Shown one piece after another: positions 15,201 to 29,545 of a stretch of 64,000 nt of DNA. A program made the position numbers and the translations under genes. A model generated the notes under the pieces. It worked only from the letters and a program-made list of their open reading frames with translations, ran no database searches and had not been told where the DNA came from. Numbering within the stretch: position 1 is the first letter of the stretch; every line of letters begins with the position of its first letter. Source of the stretch: Bugula neritina (taxonomy: Eukaryota; Animalia; Bryozoa); contig OZ037772.1 in assembly GCA_964035545.1 (NCBI GenBank), positions 11,716,818 through 11,780,817 of the forward strand, read 5' to 3'.

Positions 15201-18200
15201 CGGCCATCTTGTTACAGTAGTCCAGCACATCTCTCTTGTGGGTCTGTCCCCTGTAGTAAGTCCCAACAGACTTAGAATATATCACATGGACTATAAGCTC
15301 ATTCACTGCTGTCCAAGCTTGCATTATGGATTCATGGATTTTTCATTCAATGTTTGAAAACAATTGCATCCAATGAAACCGCAACCACAATTTCATCCTT
15401 CTAAGCATCCATATTTGCATAATGCGGAACTATGGAAATGCAGTGATTAGAATATTTAAAATAAATCTCAGTGCGATAAGTTGAGGTATATCTTAACGTA
15501 TTTCAGTTTTAAACAAACAGTGGTTTTGCTAAACTAATCATTATAATAGAGGCCACAGCTCCCAAAACATGCCTACATCAAGGGAAGGAACTACAGCATT
15601 CTCTAAGGAGGTCAGAAGGTCAGAAGAATAAACGGACAAGTAACTAACTTGATCAGAGGTCCCGGGAACTTGAGGAGAGAGGGCTGATAGAGGTTTCTCC
15701 TAAGTACACATATGGTGGCGGGTTGCCCGGCGTCCGGCTGGTTGGGCTGAACCTCCAGAGTGTCTCCGTTGTGAAGGAGTCTGGGAATGACGTGAGGTAG
15801 CGGGAACTTAGCCGGGGTCATGCGTGACGGCTCAGCGGGCTCAGAGTCAGAGTCTGAGTCACTTGAGGAACTGTCTGTGGAGAGATAGTAAGCTGAGTGA
15901 GAGATAGTAACTCTGGGTGAATCAAACTAATTATACATGAGAAATAAACATGGCCGCTGAAAACTACTGTAATATTCATGCATGTTTAGTTGATTTTCAA
16001 TGACAAAAGATGGAAAAGGAAAACTTATACAAATACTAAACTAAAAACCACAAATTATATTTAAATTGAAATTAAAAAAAAATCAAATAAATAAGCAAAT
16101 AAAATTGTAACCTCAAATGTTATTGGAAAGGAAACCACAGAGAGAAGAGCTACTGTATAATAAAAGAGAAACAAATGTGAGAGGAAGGAGTATTATAAAT
16201 ATAAAGAGAAGACAACTCAAGGAGCTGAGGTGTACCTTCTAGTTGGCCTTGTTGATAGTAGGAATCCAACCGGCTGCTGGTTCTGCTTGGGGGACGGGGT
16301 GAGAAGCCCGACTGACTCAAGTACGGGTTGACCTCAGCTTGAAACATGCCTAAATTATACACAAACTCACATAACATGCAAACATATATACAAGAGAATA
16401 CAAGTTTCTCAATCTGCCGAACATTCAAATAGTTCTCTTTGCTTAAGTAAATAAGCAAATTGCATGCAACATTAACAAGCATTGAAACTTTTTCCAAAAC
16501 ATATAACAGTCATCCAGAGGTTAGAGAAATTAAACTGAATCAGGCCAAACTGAATTGTCTTGTAAGAATGTTAGACTACAACAAGAACCAAGTGTTAGCA
16601 CTAGATGTGTGTCTTCTTATCAACATGCAGTTGAGCTTCACAGTTTAGTAGCTAATTGTGTTATAGCGATAAGTAATGGCTAGTTTAAGATGTGGAAATA
16701 GAACATAATATTCAGTAGACAGGAAGTTGACAGCATGCGACAGCAGCTGCCAGAAGATGGAGAAATCAGCATCCTGTGCGATGCTGTAGGGGAGTCGAGA
16801 GTTTATAAAGAAAATCTGATATTGAATAGCAAAAGAAATTATTCCATCATTGATAACAACAAATAATGTGATTTGTAATTTATTAAAATTATTATCAAAA
16901 TATGTTTTGGGCAAGAAATGACAGGAGAGAAAGTTCAGCATGCACTACTATCTACTAGCAGGCACATTGGTGACTGAGAGAAATTGTCAGAGTGATTAGA
17001 GAGAGAGATACCTCATAGTATTAGTACACTATCTATAGAGTAGGTGAAGAAACAACAACCAACTTACTAGTACGAGCTCTGCCTCTCATATGAAAGTCAA
17101 TCTCACAATCATACTCTAACAAATGCACAATAATCACGGTAATCAAACGGACCACACAACAAAACATTAACACAGAAATTTTCTATAAATATTTCTATAA
17201 GTATCATCTCTATTTAGGAGTTATGCACCTTCTGAGGGTACAGTATTTATTATATTATAGTAAAATGAAAAATAGTGAAGTTAAAATAAGAGAGCAAAAC
17301 TGTCTAGAAAATGCAGGCAGCAAAAATGCAAAAAAGTAACTTTCAAAAGGAGAACTTCACTCCATGCCTACAGTAACTAAATCTTTTAGAGACCCTAGGC
17401 TAGCAGACACTTCCAAGTTACCCGTACGTCTCAATTCTTACACTCTCGTGAATTCTGAGTAGAACATGTTTTATATTGATAAGGAGTCGGGAAAGTTATG
17501 CTTTACAGATGAACCAATTACTTGAACGATGTCTATGCAGCGAAAGACTTGATAAAATGACATCTTTCTGCCCCCTGTTTCTATACTCAACCAATCAAAT
17601 GCCTAATAGCTTTCGCCAATCATATTTATAAAGGAAGTGTTTTAAACACAATATCGCTAGTTTATTTTCATCGCAAAACTGTAACTGCAAAAGGTATGGA
17701 CAGCTTACTTATTGTCACATATCTGCATTACTGTGACAACCACTCATACGAAATTGTAGAACAGGAAAGAGACAGAGCCTAACTGCAGAAATAAAGAGCA
17801 TCGTTGCAGAAATAAACTTAAAACCTGTCGAGTTACCTGAAGAAACATTTCCTGCTCTGCTAGAAGGTCTGCTGCCTGATCGACTGGAAGGTCGAGAGCC
17901 GTACCCATAGCCCCGTCTCTCTTCATGAACCTCTTTGGATCTAGGTCTACCATATCCGTGATCGTCTTCTCTGTAGCTGCTGTAAAGGAAACAGCAAACT
18001 ATGCAGATGGAAACAAGCAAGAGACAGAGCTGCTGTGAAGGTAGAAGTAGACAGATGAAAGCAGAGAACTAGGGTGAACTGAGGAGTATAAGAGAGCAGA
18101 TAACTTCCATCTCATCAATAGACAAACTTTCACAAGCTTCACATGACATAATTTGACAGCCACAGCTGCTGTACTCAACCAGAGTGACATGTACAGTCAG

Positions 18201-21200
18201 TTAGTATTACACTATTATCACTACAGTATTCCTAATAACACAGCAAATGTTTTCTGATTTCTAATGTCCTGTCTTATTATCTACAGAGAGCTCTAAATTC
18301 TGAAATGGGTCATTTTACTTAATTTAGTACACACTGAAAATCTCCAGTTTTTAGCTATTTTTTACAATTTAGCTGCTAATGAACATGGGTTTTTGCTCAA
18401 AACTAGTAAAGTTTCAATAAATACATCTAAATAATCAAGGTTCTTCCTAATTTTGCTTGATTTCCCATGTTTTTTTCTATGTATTTAGCTAATTTGGATT
18501 GCTTACTGTTACAAAAAAACCATAACGGTCTGCAATCAAAAGTAGCTGAATAATTAGGAAAAAAACATGGAAAATCAATCAAAATTAAAAAGAACCTTGA
18601 TTATTTATGTGTGTTGATTGACATTTAACTAGTTTTGGGCAAGAACCCATGCTCATTAGCCGCTATATTGTAAAAAATAGCTAAAAACTGAAGATTTCCA
18701 GTGTGTACTAAATTAAGTAAAATGACCCAAATAATTATTTGTACAGAGTGGAAAGATATGATGGATCTTTCAACAGCTTCCAGTAAAACATGAATGCAAA
18801 AAACTATTCCTTGATTCAAATTAATTATTAATTATTTTGAAAATTATAAATTCAGCAGTACACATCAGTATATTTACAGGGAGGCATGTGTATTGGAAGG
18901 AGTTAAAACAAAACCACACACTGGTTGGCTAGCCATCACCCAGTCAGACGAAAGGTAACAATATAACATCCAATAAAAAGAAAACGATCAATGCGGAATA
19001 TAACGCAACATGGGAAATAAATATGACACAATCAGCATGAACGAAATCAAAACAACAACTGCCAACATCTTCCAAATCAAGACGAGCGACTAACTACTGC
19101 CACATCTAGAACTTTCACATCAAAACCTGCAGCAAACACCTAGTAAGGCTGGCGCATGAGAACACCAGGTGTGTACTTGAACTGAGGGTTTGACATAAGA
19201 GTTTCAATGTGAAAGTGAGGAGATGAGAAGGTAGAGCGGTAACTGTACCCATTAGAGTTGGCGGGTGATGCCGGGGAGTGTGACACGACGTCGTCAAAAG
19301 TGACCGACAGTCTGCGAGAGACTGACGGTGACTTCCTTTTCCTGGTTACACAACAGTAAGGATACACAGGCTGTTTGCAAGATGAAACACAGACTATTGA
19401 TTTTCTCATCGAATGTCTCTACATTTATTGTAATTGTCTTACTAAATACCTGAAATTACCAGACAGTCTATTAGACAGGAAGTGAGGTAATCACAAACCT
19501 GAAACTCTCGTCTCTGTAAGATCCATACGAGTTATTCCTGTGCATCCTGTTGTCACTGCTGTATTGTGGGTAATCTAGTAACACAGAAATAGGCCACGTT
19601 AGGTTATATGTGAATACCATAAGTTAAAGAAAGAAAACAATGTGGTATTATTCTTGGCTGTTTTACTCTTAATGTAATCCAATGGTCCATAAATCGGATA
19701 AATTACTCTTTTTTGAAAGGAATTGCCCCTCATGATTTTTTCAGGGTGACATCCGAGTATGTCGTGCAAGAAGTTATTTTATACAGCTGGTTTTTCGGTA
19801 GAAAAATCCAGTAAGATCTCTATGAATTATGCATCACCATTCAACTCATTCAACAGTTCTACAGACAAGAAGATATTATTATGATTAGAGATATTGTATT
19901 TCAGAGTTAGTATAAAGACTCACTGGGGCTAGGCTGAGGTCTGCTACTTCTACCATAGCCCTGCTGAGTGTGGGGCACCATCATCGGCCCCCCTCCTCTT
20001 ACTGGAGCTGAGCCAGACTGAGACCAACCGGGTCTCGGCATGTAGCCAGAGCCTTGCTGACCCCCCATCTACAGGAAATGACGTCATAGGAAATCATAAA
20101 CTCAAGATGTAACCATGGTAACGGGTAATTAAGCTAATATAAACAAAGAACATACGAAGGAATAAAAAGAACAGGTAAACTGGTGGAACAAAACATATAA
20201 ATTTCAGCTGGCGAAGTTACCGAGATGTGCTGAGAAGGGAATCTGCTGTAGTATGGAGCTAAAGAAGGGTGGGTTGGGACACCCCTCTGTGATGACAACG
20301 AATATTCCATCTATGACGAGGAGTAAACAGTGACACAACGCATGCAGTAAAGTCATATGACGTTACTATATAGCGCTAGGAGAGCAATATGTCTAACAGA
20401 TAATCCTCATGTGAACAATAGTTTGCAGATTTTTAAACTAGAAGGTCAGAGAGTTTAGATTCAAGGATAAAACTCTCATCTTATGGTGTGAAGACTGGAA
20501 AAGCGGGTTCTAGTTTACATACAAGAAATACGTGTCAGACATGTATGCAATGAGCACGTGCTGGACACAGGAAGTAGGTGCGAGACATTTACCTGCTGCT
20601 GGTGAAGAGGTTTGAAGCCTTTCATCATAGACATTCTTTGCTGCATCTGTGGATCCATCTGACTGAACTGTTGCCGTGGGTTACCTGCACAGACAGACAG
20701 ACAGACACATGTTATACTGTAAGTTACCTGCACAGACAGACAGACAGATGTTATAATAAAGTAACAACTTGTGAAAATACTTGTCTTGTGGTAGTGAAAC
20801 CTTTAAGCACCATCAAAACTTTCATCTTATTACATAAAGTCAAATAATTGCTTGTGACACTGAGCGAAGTTCCCTTATGGTACCTTATGGATCTCAGTAT
20901 AACAGACATTCAAATGACTAACTGGAAAGTACAGTTTACTTTCTCCTTTCTCACACCCAACTGGTAGTTACAGCAAATCACTACAGAGTAGACAGAAGCA
21001 CACCAATGCTGAGTCACGTACCGTATGGAGGGTAAACTTGCTGCGGACCTCCCATCATCATACCGGGGTACACGCCCTGCTGCTGCATATACGGCATATT
21101 ACCCATCATCCCTTGCATGTTGTTTCCCATCATCCCTTGCATGTTGTTTCCCATCATTCCAAACTGACCCGCCATCATATTCATGCCGTAGTTTGGCATC

Positions 21201-24200
21201 ATATTGGAGCCCATAAACTGGCTTTGCTGCTCCATTGATTTATTCTGCATCATCTGACTTTGAGGGAATCCCTGTTGACCTTGAGGGAATCCCTGTTGAC
21301 CTTGAGGGAGACTTTGTTGACCTTGAGGGAATCCCTGTTGGCCTTGAGGGAATCCCTGTTGACCTTGAGGGAATCCCTGCTGACTTTGAGGAAATCCCTG
21401 TTGGCCTTGAGGGAATCCTTGTTGACCTTGAGGGAATCCTTGTTGACCTTGAGGAAGGCCTTGACCTTGAAGGATGCCTTGTTGACCTTGAGGGAATCCC
21501 TGTTGACCTTGAGGAAGGCCCTCCTGACCTTGAGGGAAACCCTGTTGACCTTGAGGAAGACCTTGACCTTGAGGGAATCCCTGTTGACCTTGAGAAATGC
21601 TATTTGAACCCTGTAATAAACACACAAACCATACGAACAACTAATAATCATGTAAAGAATAGAAAAAGCAGCAGCAGCAGTAAAGCTAGAAATCTCACCA
21701 ATGGCTGACTAGTGGCTGTCAACTGAGACGCATTTTGATTGGTTTCTGAGAAGTGGCCACTGGCAGGTGTAGCAGATGCCAATGAGGTCACATGACTTGT
21801 ATTTCCTGTCAGACTGCTGCCGGGAGCCGAAACCTGTGACTGACCGTGTGCTGTACTGAGAGCGGCCATATTGCTTGCATCACTGAGCTGAGAGTTCTGG
21901 GAGGAGACAGCACCGGACACCGCCTGGGGGAGATGGGGTCCAGGAGCTGAGTTCGTCTGACTCTCATATGCACCGCCTAGCTGCGAGCCGGGTAATGACT
22001 GAATCGGCATAAAGTTTTGCTGAGTTGTGTCAACAGCTACTGACGACACAGGTGGGTGCTGGGTAGTTGGAGCAGAGGCTAAGGGTTGTGTAGGCATGGG
22101 CGGAGCTTCTGTAGAGGTAGGCGGAGCTTCTGTAAAGGTAGGTGATGCTTCTACAGGAGTAGGCGGAGCTTGTGAACTCGTAGATGAAGGATCAACTAGC
22201 GTAGGCGGAGTTTCCGTAGCGACTGGAGATTGCACAGACGTGGGAGGAGCTGAAGACAGGTGGGTGGAGTCAGAGGAAGCGGGCTGAGAGAGGTTGGAGC
22301 CAAGGTCTGTTGTAGAAGTGGATGGAAAGGAGCTGGCTTGGGAGTCACTCAGTGAGATCTACAACAGATGAATAAAAAACATCAAAATATCGGTGTAGAG
22401 ATCAATGGGGAACTTTTGCCTGCTCGAAAAATAGTTTAATCCAGAATATCTACTAATAATAGAATAAAAGAATAATGTGCATAATATAATGGATAATTAT
22501 GATAGCCATGGACACAGAGAAAAGAGCTTCAGATAAGATACTATCTTTATCATTAAATTAGTTGTCCCAGACAGTGTAAGGAGAGATAGCCTGAGAACTA
22601 CCTGCACATCAGGATGGGCGGTGGGGTGTTGAGCCACCTTCTCGGCTAGTGTTAGGTTGTCTAGACTGTTAGCTAACCCGTCGGTCTGGTCAGGCTCAGA
22701 GCTGGAGGCCGTAGGTAACATGTTATCAGCACCCATAGACTGCAAAGCCGACACAGACTGTTAGTACATGCACCGAGTTGACCACAGAAAGAAGAGCAGC
22801 TCAGTAATATTAGAATCTTGTACTCACTCACTCACGCAAGTTTATAGTCACCATGCGTGTGAGAAAATCCCTGATGAAAAAGGTTTTTGCTAAAACGGAC
22901 TAAGGGCTTATTCAGATGGGGCACAGGAGCAATTATGACTGGATGCTCTTCCAAACATCACCAATAGCATTTGTTGGGGTTTACCCATGACTTTGTGTTT
23001 ACTAAGCAAACAATTTAACCCCTAGACCACGGCTGCCCCTGTATTAGATGAGTTAAACATAAATTAATTTGTTAGCATACCTACAGGTCTCTACCTCAAA
23101 GAGCAGGCTTATTGGTTAAGTTCACCAGAACAGCTCCACTCACCTGTAACACTTGTGTCGGCAGCACCTGTATCGGCAGCGGAGCAGCTCTAGCTTCAGC
23201 AGGATGCAGGTGCACATTGGGAAGACTAGGCTGTTCCCATAATGGTGCAGCAGTAGTTCCAGCTGCAAGAGAAGAAGGCAAAAAGTGACAAGGTGTGAAA
23301 CTTCTAGCATATATATTTATACAATATTGGCAGGTTATAACAAGTGAGTAGCATGAAATGAAAACGTTAATAATTTTAGTAGCAACAGAGCTTCAAGGTA
23401 AACACTTCCACCCACAGGTATTTATTCGCATTAATCATGGCAACTAGATGAGAATACGATGACTAAAAGTTGAGAAATAGTCCCTCTATTCATCAGCCAA
23501 TCAGCAGTTGACACATGCAGAAGAGCCGGGAGCATCAAAGAGAACAATTGAACCGTGACGGACAAGAGAGAAAATAAGCGGGATTGTCCCAACCCAGCGT
23601 AGAGGTCAACAGAACGCAGTTGGTGACAAAGACGAACAGACAGATTCCAGCGACTGGGGCTTCTCACCTCCCCCTGTTGGCACAGGGAGAAACTCTCCCA
23701 CCACATCGGATTCTAGGGAGAAGACTGCAGGACTGCTGCATATAGAAGACAGGGCAGCTTCCTCTGAGTAGATACTGGCACTTGCAGGGGTGTAGACAGA
23801 GTGGGGCAAGCAGGGTCCCAGGAGAACCCTTAAGATTTTCTTTGACTCTTATGAGACGAAAATGATAAAATATAAAGTATTGAAAAATGTTAAGTGCTAA
23901 AACCTTAGAAGGTAAAGCTTCAGTAACTACTTAGGCGATTCGTCCTAGAGGGAAGTAACTGCAATATCTAGTGGGGCACTGCTATGGTACAACAGAGGGG
24001 GGAAAGCAATTCTAATATCTACAAAGAAGACTGGCCCTAGGAGAGTGAACCGAGAATTCAAGAACAAATACGAATTGAATAGATTAGAGTTTGTGATTTG
24101 TCAAAATGATTCTGAGCAGAGAAAAACCCTGACATGATAATCAGCAACTGAGCTATTCAAAAAATTACTAAACATGCTAATTTGACATCATAACCATTAA

Positions 24201-26834
24201 TATTGTATATTGTATATATTTATATTATTCTGTTACTTAATTGTTCTCAATTCATGATAAGTTGAAAGTGAATGTTTAAAAAAAAGAGGAAAGGGATATC
24301 TTAGGAAACTTCAATAGTTAAGGAAATTATTAAATTAAAAGTGTTACAAGAGAAGTGAGGTGAAACCAGAGTTCAACAGGACAAACTCAGACAGGAAACA
24401 GGTGGAATCCAGCCAGAAGTTAATATGTGAGAGTTGTGTGTGCCGGTTACCATGGCAACCTAGTTCTCTTCATACACAGAAGGTAAGTTGAAAATCAAGA
24501 CAGACGGTGGATGGAGTGAACAGTACATTAGTATAGGTAGTATCTCACCTAGATGAAGTAAATATCTCAGCCCTACACAGGAAATATTATCTACTGCTAT
24601 AGCTAGTCAACTCTGACAAACATCAACAGTAGTTCAGTACTGGGAAACTTAAAATAATTCTATTATGTTGTATCTAATAATTGTATAATATATTAACTTA
24701 TTGTAAGTCAAATAAAAAATACAGTTTTGTTCCATCAAAATGATAACGCTGATTCAGAGTATATTAGATAGCATTGAGGAAAATAGTATCAAAGTAAATA
24801 ATAACAGTCATTGTGATATAGAGTATAACCTAAGTTCTACAAAGATAACTCACTGCTTTGTGGCGCGTGAACGGTGGGTTCCACATCGGAGAGACTTGTA
24901 CTTCTACTAGCCCCTCTGACCGGCTCAAAGGCTCCAGTTGGACTGTGGAGTACCGTGGAACTACTTCTACTCTCAGCCATACTAACTGAAAGTAATTATA
25001 ACTCATTAGTAACCCTGAGTATCAGTATTCACTAGTCACTGCGAGTATAAGTACTAACTAGTCACTGTATAAGTGATCATTAGTAACTGTGAGCACCAGT
25101 ACTCAATAGTTACTGCATCAGCGCATTTCAATACTAAAAACTGAAACAATTTCATTAGTTGTGTTACAAAGTTTTTCATTAAATTACGGAGTTGTCTTCA
25201 CTGAAACTTGAAATACCGATTTCCTAATCACATAAATATTACAATATTTGTGTACATCTGAACACCATCAACAGTGAATTATAACACTTTGTTGAATTAA
25301 CTCCTCTTATTTGTTGAGAAAGTTGAAAAATAATAAACTATATAAGTGTTTTCTTTTAGGGCTTGAAAAGACAACTGCTAAAATATGTATTAAAATGAAT
25401 AAAAATAAAGGTTGATAAAAAAATTATGATGAAATACAATGAGTGACAATTCTGCTGAACGTAATGAGCATCATTAGCCTAAATTACCATCAGTATCTTC
25501 ACGGGCTGGTGACAGTATGTCGGGGCGGGTCTTCTCATCTCCCCTCACTCCATTAGATATGATGTCAGGACCACTGCCCGAGCCGCTCTCCAGCTCCGCC
25601 CCTAGCATTCTGTCTTCCAATTGGTCGCCTGCTACAGCTGCCTGGCCACCCAGTGGCAGCATGTCAGGCGGGAGGTTAGCTATGTTATCTGCATCGTTAT
25701 TGGCTACTGGGTCAGCGTGCTGAGCAGCTGCTGGCACCATATCTGGTTGCTGATTGGTCACAACTCCGTGTGCTGTAGAGAGAGCTGTGTTGTCCATAGA
25801 ATTGCTTGGACTGAACAGGTCTGGTGGGCTGCCCATGCCTAGTCCTACAAGCAATACGCCATGCATGCAGTGAATTAATTTCCATGTTGTTTTTAAATCC
25901 TCTACTAACAGAAACCACATTTGTTTTTTATGTAAACTACTTTCCAAGTTTACATACACCACAGTATTGAGGAATTGTGTTCTCGTGGAGAAAAGTAAGA
26001 CAACTACAAATTGAATAGTTCACTAAATTATATTATTCTAGATTCTGGAACATGGTGTCTGGTTTTGGTGACTGGAATATTTTACAGTCGCAATTGCTGA
26101 CTTTATAATGCTGAGAGACAGCGTAGAGGCCAAAGTTCACTTGGATTTCTGAAAAAGTCTACTTCCTGCAGCAAAATAAAACAGCAAGGAAACTTACCAT
26201 TGTTTTGAAAGTTAGGGGCGTAGTATCCACCCGTCCCCATCCAGAGGCCAGGGTTAGGATTATCATAGTTTGACGGATACGACTCATACTGCTGATTGTT
26301 CCACTGATAAGCACCTTCCACATGACCTTCACCATAGCCTGAGGGAACAAACATAGCTTAGGTACTACCAGAAGAGACATTGCGTGTGTAGACTACCTAA
26401 AGGTTACAGGAAGGCATGAGTGGCACAGACAGAGTAGTGAAAGAAGAGACTGATAGACTAACCTGTTCCTTCACTGGAAGATTGAGGAGGACTGCTGGCA
26501 GGTGGATACTGTGATGGTGCAGCTTGGTGCTGGTACTGTAGCTGGTAACCGTGGGGACTGTTGTGGAATGTATTGGTGGCACAGGCTCCGCCTTCTACTA
26601 GACAGGAAACAAGTTCAGAGTAAATAAAGGCGGCATTTGATTCATGTTTTCACAATATTTAACAATAAAGTTTAAATCTTCAAGTTCAAGTTGTGGAATC
26701 TAGATAAAGTTTGGCTATTAAATGATGGAATATAATATAATGTATGCAGAGCAGGTAACTAGTTATAAACAACTGAATGAAGAATGAAGAAACTCACCTT
26801 GGCTGGAATAGGGAGGAAATTGTTGATGACTCAT
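6281..26834 (-). CDS. SEC16: Protein transport protein Sec16 (ER exit site scaffold), multi-exon; 5' end uncertain
   Basis: Exons encode central conserved domain motifs [83 protein letters not shown]. The C-terminal region has [28 protein letters not shown] and a last exon PMMFNPAQF...RSRYPK-stop (TAA 6283-6281). The N-terminus is long and Q/P/S-rich. GT-AG junctions are visible at many exons. Confidence 0.9.
7950..8200. repeat. AT-rich low-complexity (ATT/TATCAT) intronic repeat
   Basis: Degenerate ~21-bp TATTATATTATTGTATCAT units inside a Sec16 intron. Confidence 0.8.
18307..18728. mobile_element. 422-bp fold-back MITE with 4-bp TSD (Sola-like by termini/TSD)
   Basis: Begins GGGTCATTTTACTTAATTTAGTACACACTG and ends CAGTGTGTACTAAATTAAGTAAAATGACCC. 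The ~200-bp arms are imperfectly inverted, and AAAT flanks both sides (18303-18306, 18729-18732). Confidence 0.8.
21255..21595 (-). repeat. Coding 21-bp tandem repeat (PQGQQGF)n within a Sec16 exon
   Basis: Unit CCTTGAGGGAATCCCTGTTGA on the + strand; it explains the stacked ORFs in several frames. Confidence 0.85.
22839..23040 (-). mobile_element. tRNA-derived SINE, copy 3
   Basis: Reverse-complement match to copy 1 along its length (AGTTTATAGTC...GGAGCAATTATGACTGGATGCTC...AACCCCTAGACCAC). Confidence 0.75.
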
Positions 26835-29545
26835 CACTGAATTTCCTTCGTGTGGACTAAAAATACCACCAGCTGATTAATATATCTCAAAAGCAACTTG
26901 CTTATAATAATTATCAAAAAATAGCGTTATGACACGTAACATCTTCAGCATACTTATGTAACTAGTGAATGAAGAGAACAGCAGCTTTAGATCTGGTATT
27001 TGTAATATAATTGTTTTCTTAAAAGAAAAACTAAAAATTAAAAATATTTGCTAGAAAATGAACTTGTTTGAGTGAATAATTTAGCAATGGAAAAATCACC
27101 AAACAGGAAACTAAATGAAAGTCAGGCGATAACTGAAAATTTTTAATACAACTTTCAAAGTGTGTTGAGCTTACTCATATATGTAAGGGTTGTATTGGAA
27201 TATGTATTGAATTGACTTACCCATTTTGAGTTGGGTTGTGAGTTTGGGCATTCAACTGGGCGTTGCTTGTTGGCGGTAAATGGCCCGCAGAAACTGGATA
27301 GGCAGGGTAGCTATGGTATCCATCCATGGATTATCCTAAATAATTTGTATGCTTTGTTAAAAAAATACAGAATGTATATATCAAGCACCGCTGGTGGTGG
27401 CTATATTAGTAGATATATTATTTTTGTAAATTTATATCCAGTAGATTCACATAGACATATGAGTCTGTTTTATTGCTTTAACTAAAACCACCAAGTTTAA
27501 CTAAATTGAAAAATGTGAGATATTACAATTTGAATCATAATAGCTACCCTTAGTTTTGCTACATTAATATTGGAATGGAATGTAGCTATGTTGCTCATCT
27601 AAATTTGATATACTAATATAAATGTTAAGACTGTAAGTGTAAGACAGTAATGGCTTTACTATAACTAGAGCCTTATGCATCATTTCACCTACAAAAATTC
27701 AATGTTAAAATACACTAGTAGTGCCAGTTCACTGTGTAATATATTTTACTAGATTGACTGTTACTTTCAATATTGGCACTCAGCACAGTCTATATTTTTC
27801 AACTTTAGTTTTAAAACAATCTACTAGTAGTAGTAATATTGCTGAGTACTAACAGTAACTCTGGTCATAAATTCCTTTAAATCTAAGTTTCACTTTATGC
27901 TTTGAGTTTGTACTTTTAAGTTTGTCTTGATCTAATTTTAATTCTAGTATGTTCTAAAGAAAAAGTAGGAAACAAAAATAATTAATTTGCAAACTAAATA
28001 AAATGTTATTCATTTATAAGTTATAAATTTTATAGTTATTGTTACTACTACTAGGACATTATAAAATTAAATAAATAATCAAAGTCAAACTATCAGTATC
28101 AGTATGAGTATCATATTTGGTTTTACTTTCACAGTGATTACTATTAGTAGTTTTACTTTCAGTTTCACTTTTTCCCTTTGAATTTTGAGTTTGTCTTTTA
28201 CTTTTACTTTTGCCTTTACTTTTGGTTTTACTTTTAGTGACAAGTCATTGCCAATGTCATTCACATTGTGATTGTAATACTAAATCTAATTCAGTGTCAG
28301 TGTTACGCCTACGGTCGAGCTAAATCTTTTAGTAATTTCTAAGTAATAGTAATACTAAATCTAATAGATTATAGTAATTCAAATGAAATTGAATTAGATA
28401 ATTTAAATTTGATTTCAGTAGTCTTACTCAAGTTAAAACAGTAAACAATAGAGCAAACAAACATTCAAGGATATAATTACAATATGATTATCAATTTAGA
28501 CAATAAACTTAACAAAACAAACACTACCACTAGCAGAAACTAACATTCTAGTAGTATTACTATTAGACTTAGTATTACTATTAGCTAATCTACGTGGAAT
28601 AAAACAGTGCAAGTCGCCATCATTTGCCGTCATATCCGTATTGCATAAGACCTAGTCTCCTAACTAATTAACATCCATGTTATTCGTTTAGTGGACGACC
28701 TACCGGTGGTGGCGTGCTAAACCTTTAGCATTTCTGGTTAAGGATTTAGCGACGGAATTTGTGCCTTCATCTACACTATTTCCACATTTTATTCCACATT
28801 GACATTAAGGTTATCATTATGATGATTACATAACGATGATATTAATATATTCAACTTCTTATAAGATCATTTAACTGCCAAAACCGACTTCAGTAAAAAA
28901 TCATAAGTGAAATAATCAAGCAATTAGCCACATTTACTTTGAATAAAAATATCAAATCTAAAGTAAATAAAATGGTAAAACTAAACCTAAACTTAAAGTT
29001 AAAGGCTAAAGTAAAACTAAAAGTTAATCTAACCACATTCAGTGATTCACCATGATAATCATAATCATTAATTATTTACTGATAATCATTATGCATTGGA
29101 TTTAATACTTGAAGACTGAAGTTGAAAGTTGGACTTAAACTTAAACTCTTGAACTTGATACTTATAACAGTAATTTAGTCTCATGAGATTAAATCCTAAT
29201 ATGAAATTTAACCGTTGACGGTAACCACCTTGGGCGTGGTGATACTCATACTGATACTCACACTGATAGTCATACTCATAGTCAATGTCATATTCATAGT
29301 GATAGTGATACTCTTACTCGTACTGAGTCTGATAGTCATGGTGGTAGTAATAATCATAATGATTTTTAATATTATGTTATTATTATTATACTCATAATGT
29401 CACTCACTCACTGTCAGTGATATCAATAATTTAAACACTAGCAATAACAGAGTGAATAGCATGCTACATTTTTTTCCAAGATTTAATTTTGAAATTTAAA
29501 TTTTAGGTAAGAGTAAGTGTAACTTAAGTAGCAAAACAAGTTGGA

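Noticed and set aside
19140-19409. 89-aa ORF inside a Sec16 intron as a nested gene or alternative first exon
   Set aside because: No recognisable domain and no in-frame splice link that I could establish.
21235-21708. Overlapping ORFs ([21 protein letters not shown] repeats)
   Set aside because: Alternative-frame shadows of the 21-bp coding repeat in Sec16.
27221-27224. ATG G|GTAAGT as the first coding exon of Sec16
   Set aside because: Joining it to the acceptor at 26856 puts a TGA in frame; more likely a 5' UTR exon or uORF, so the true start remains uncertain.
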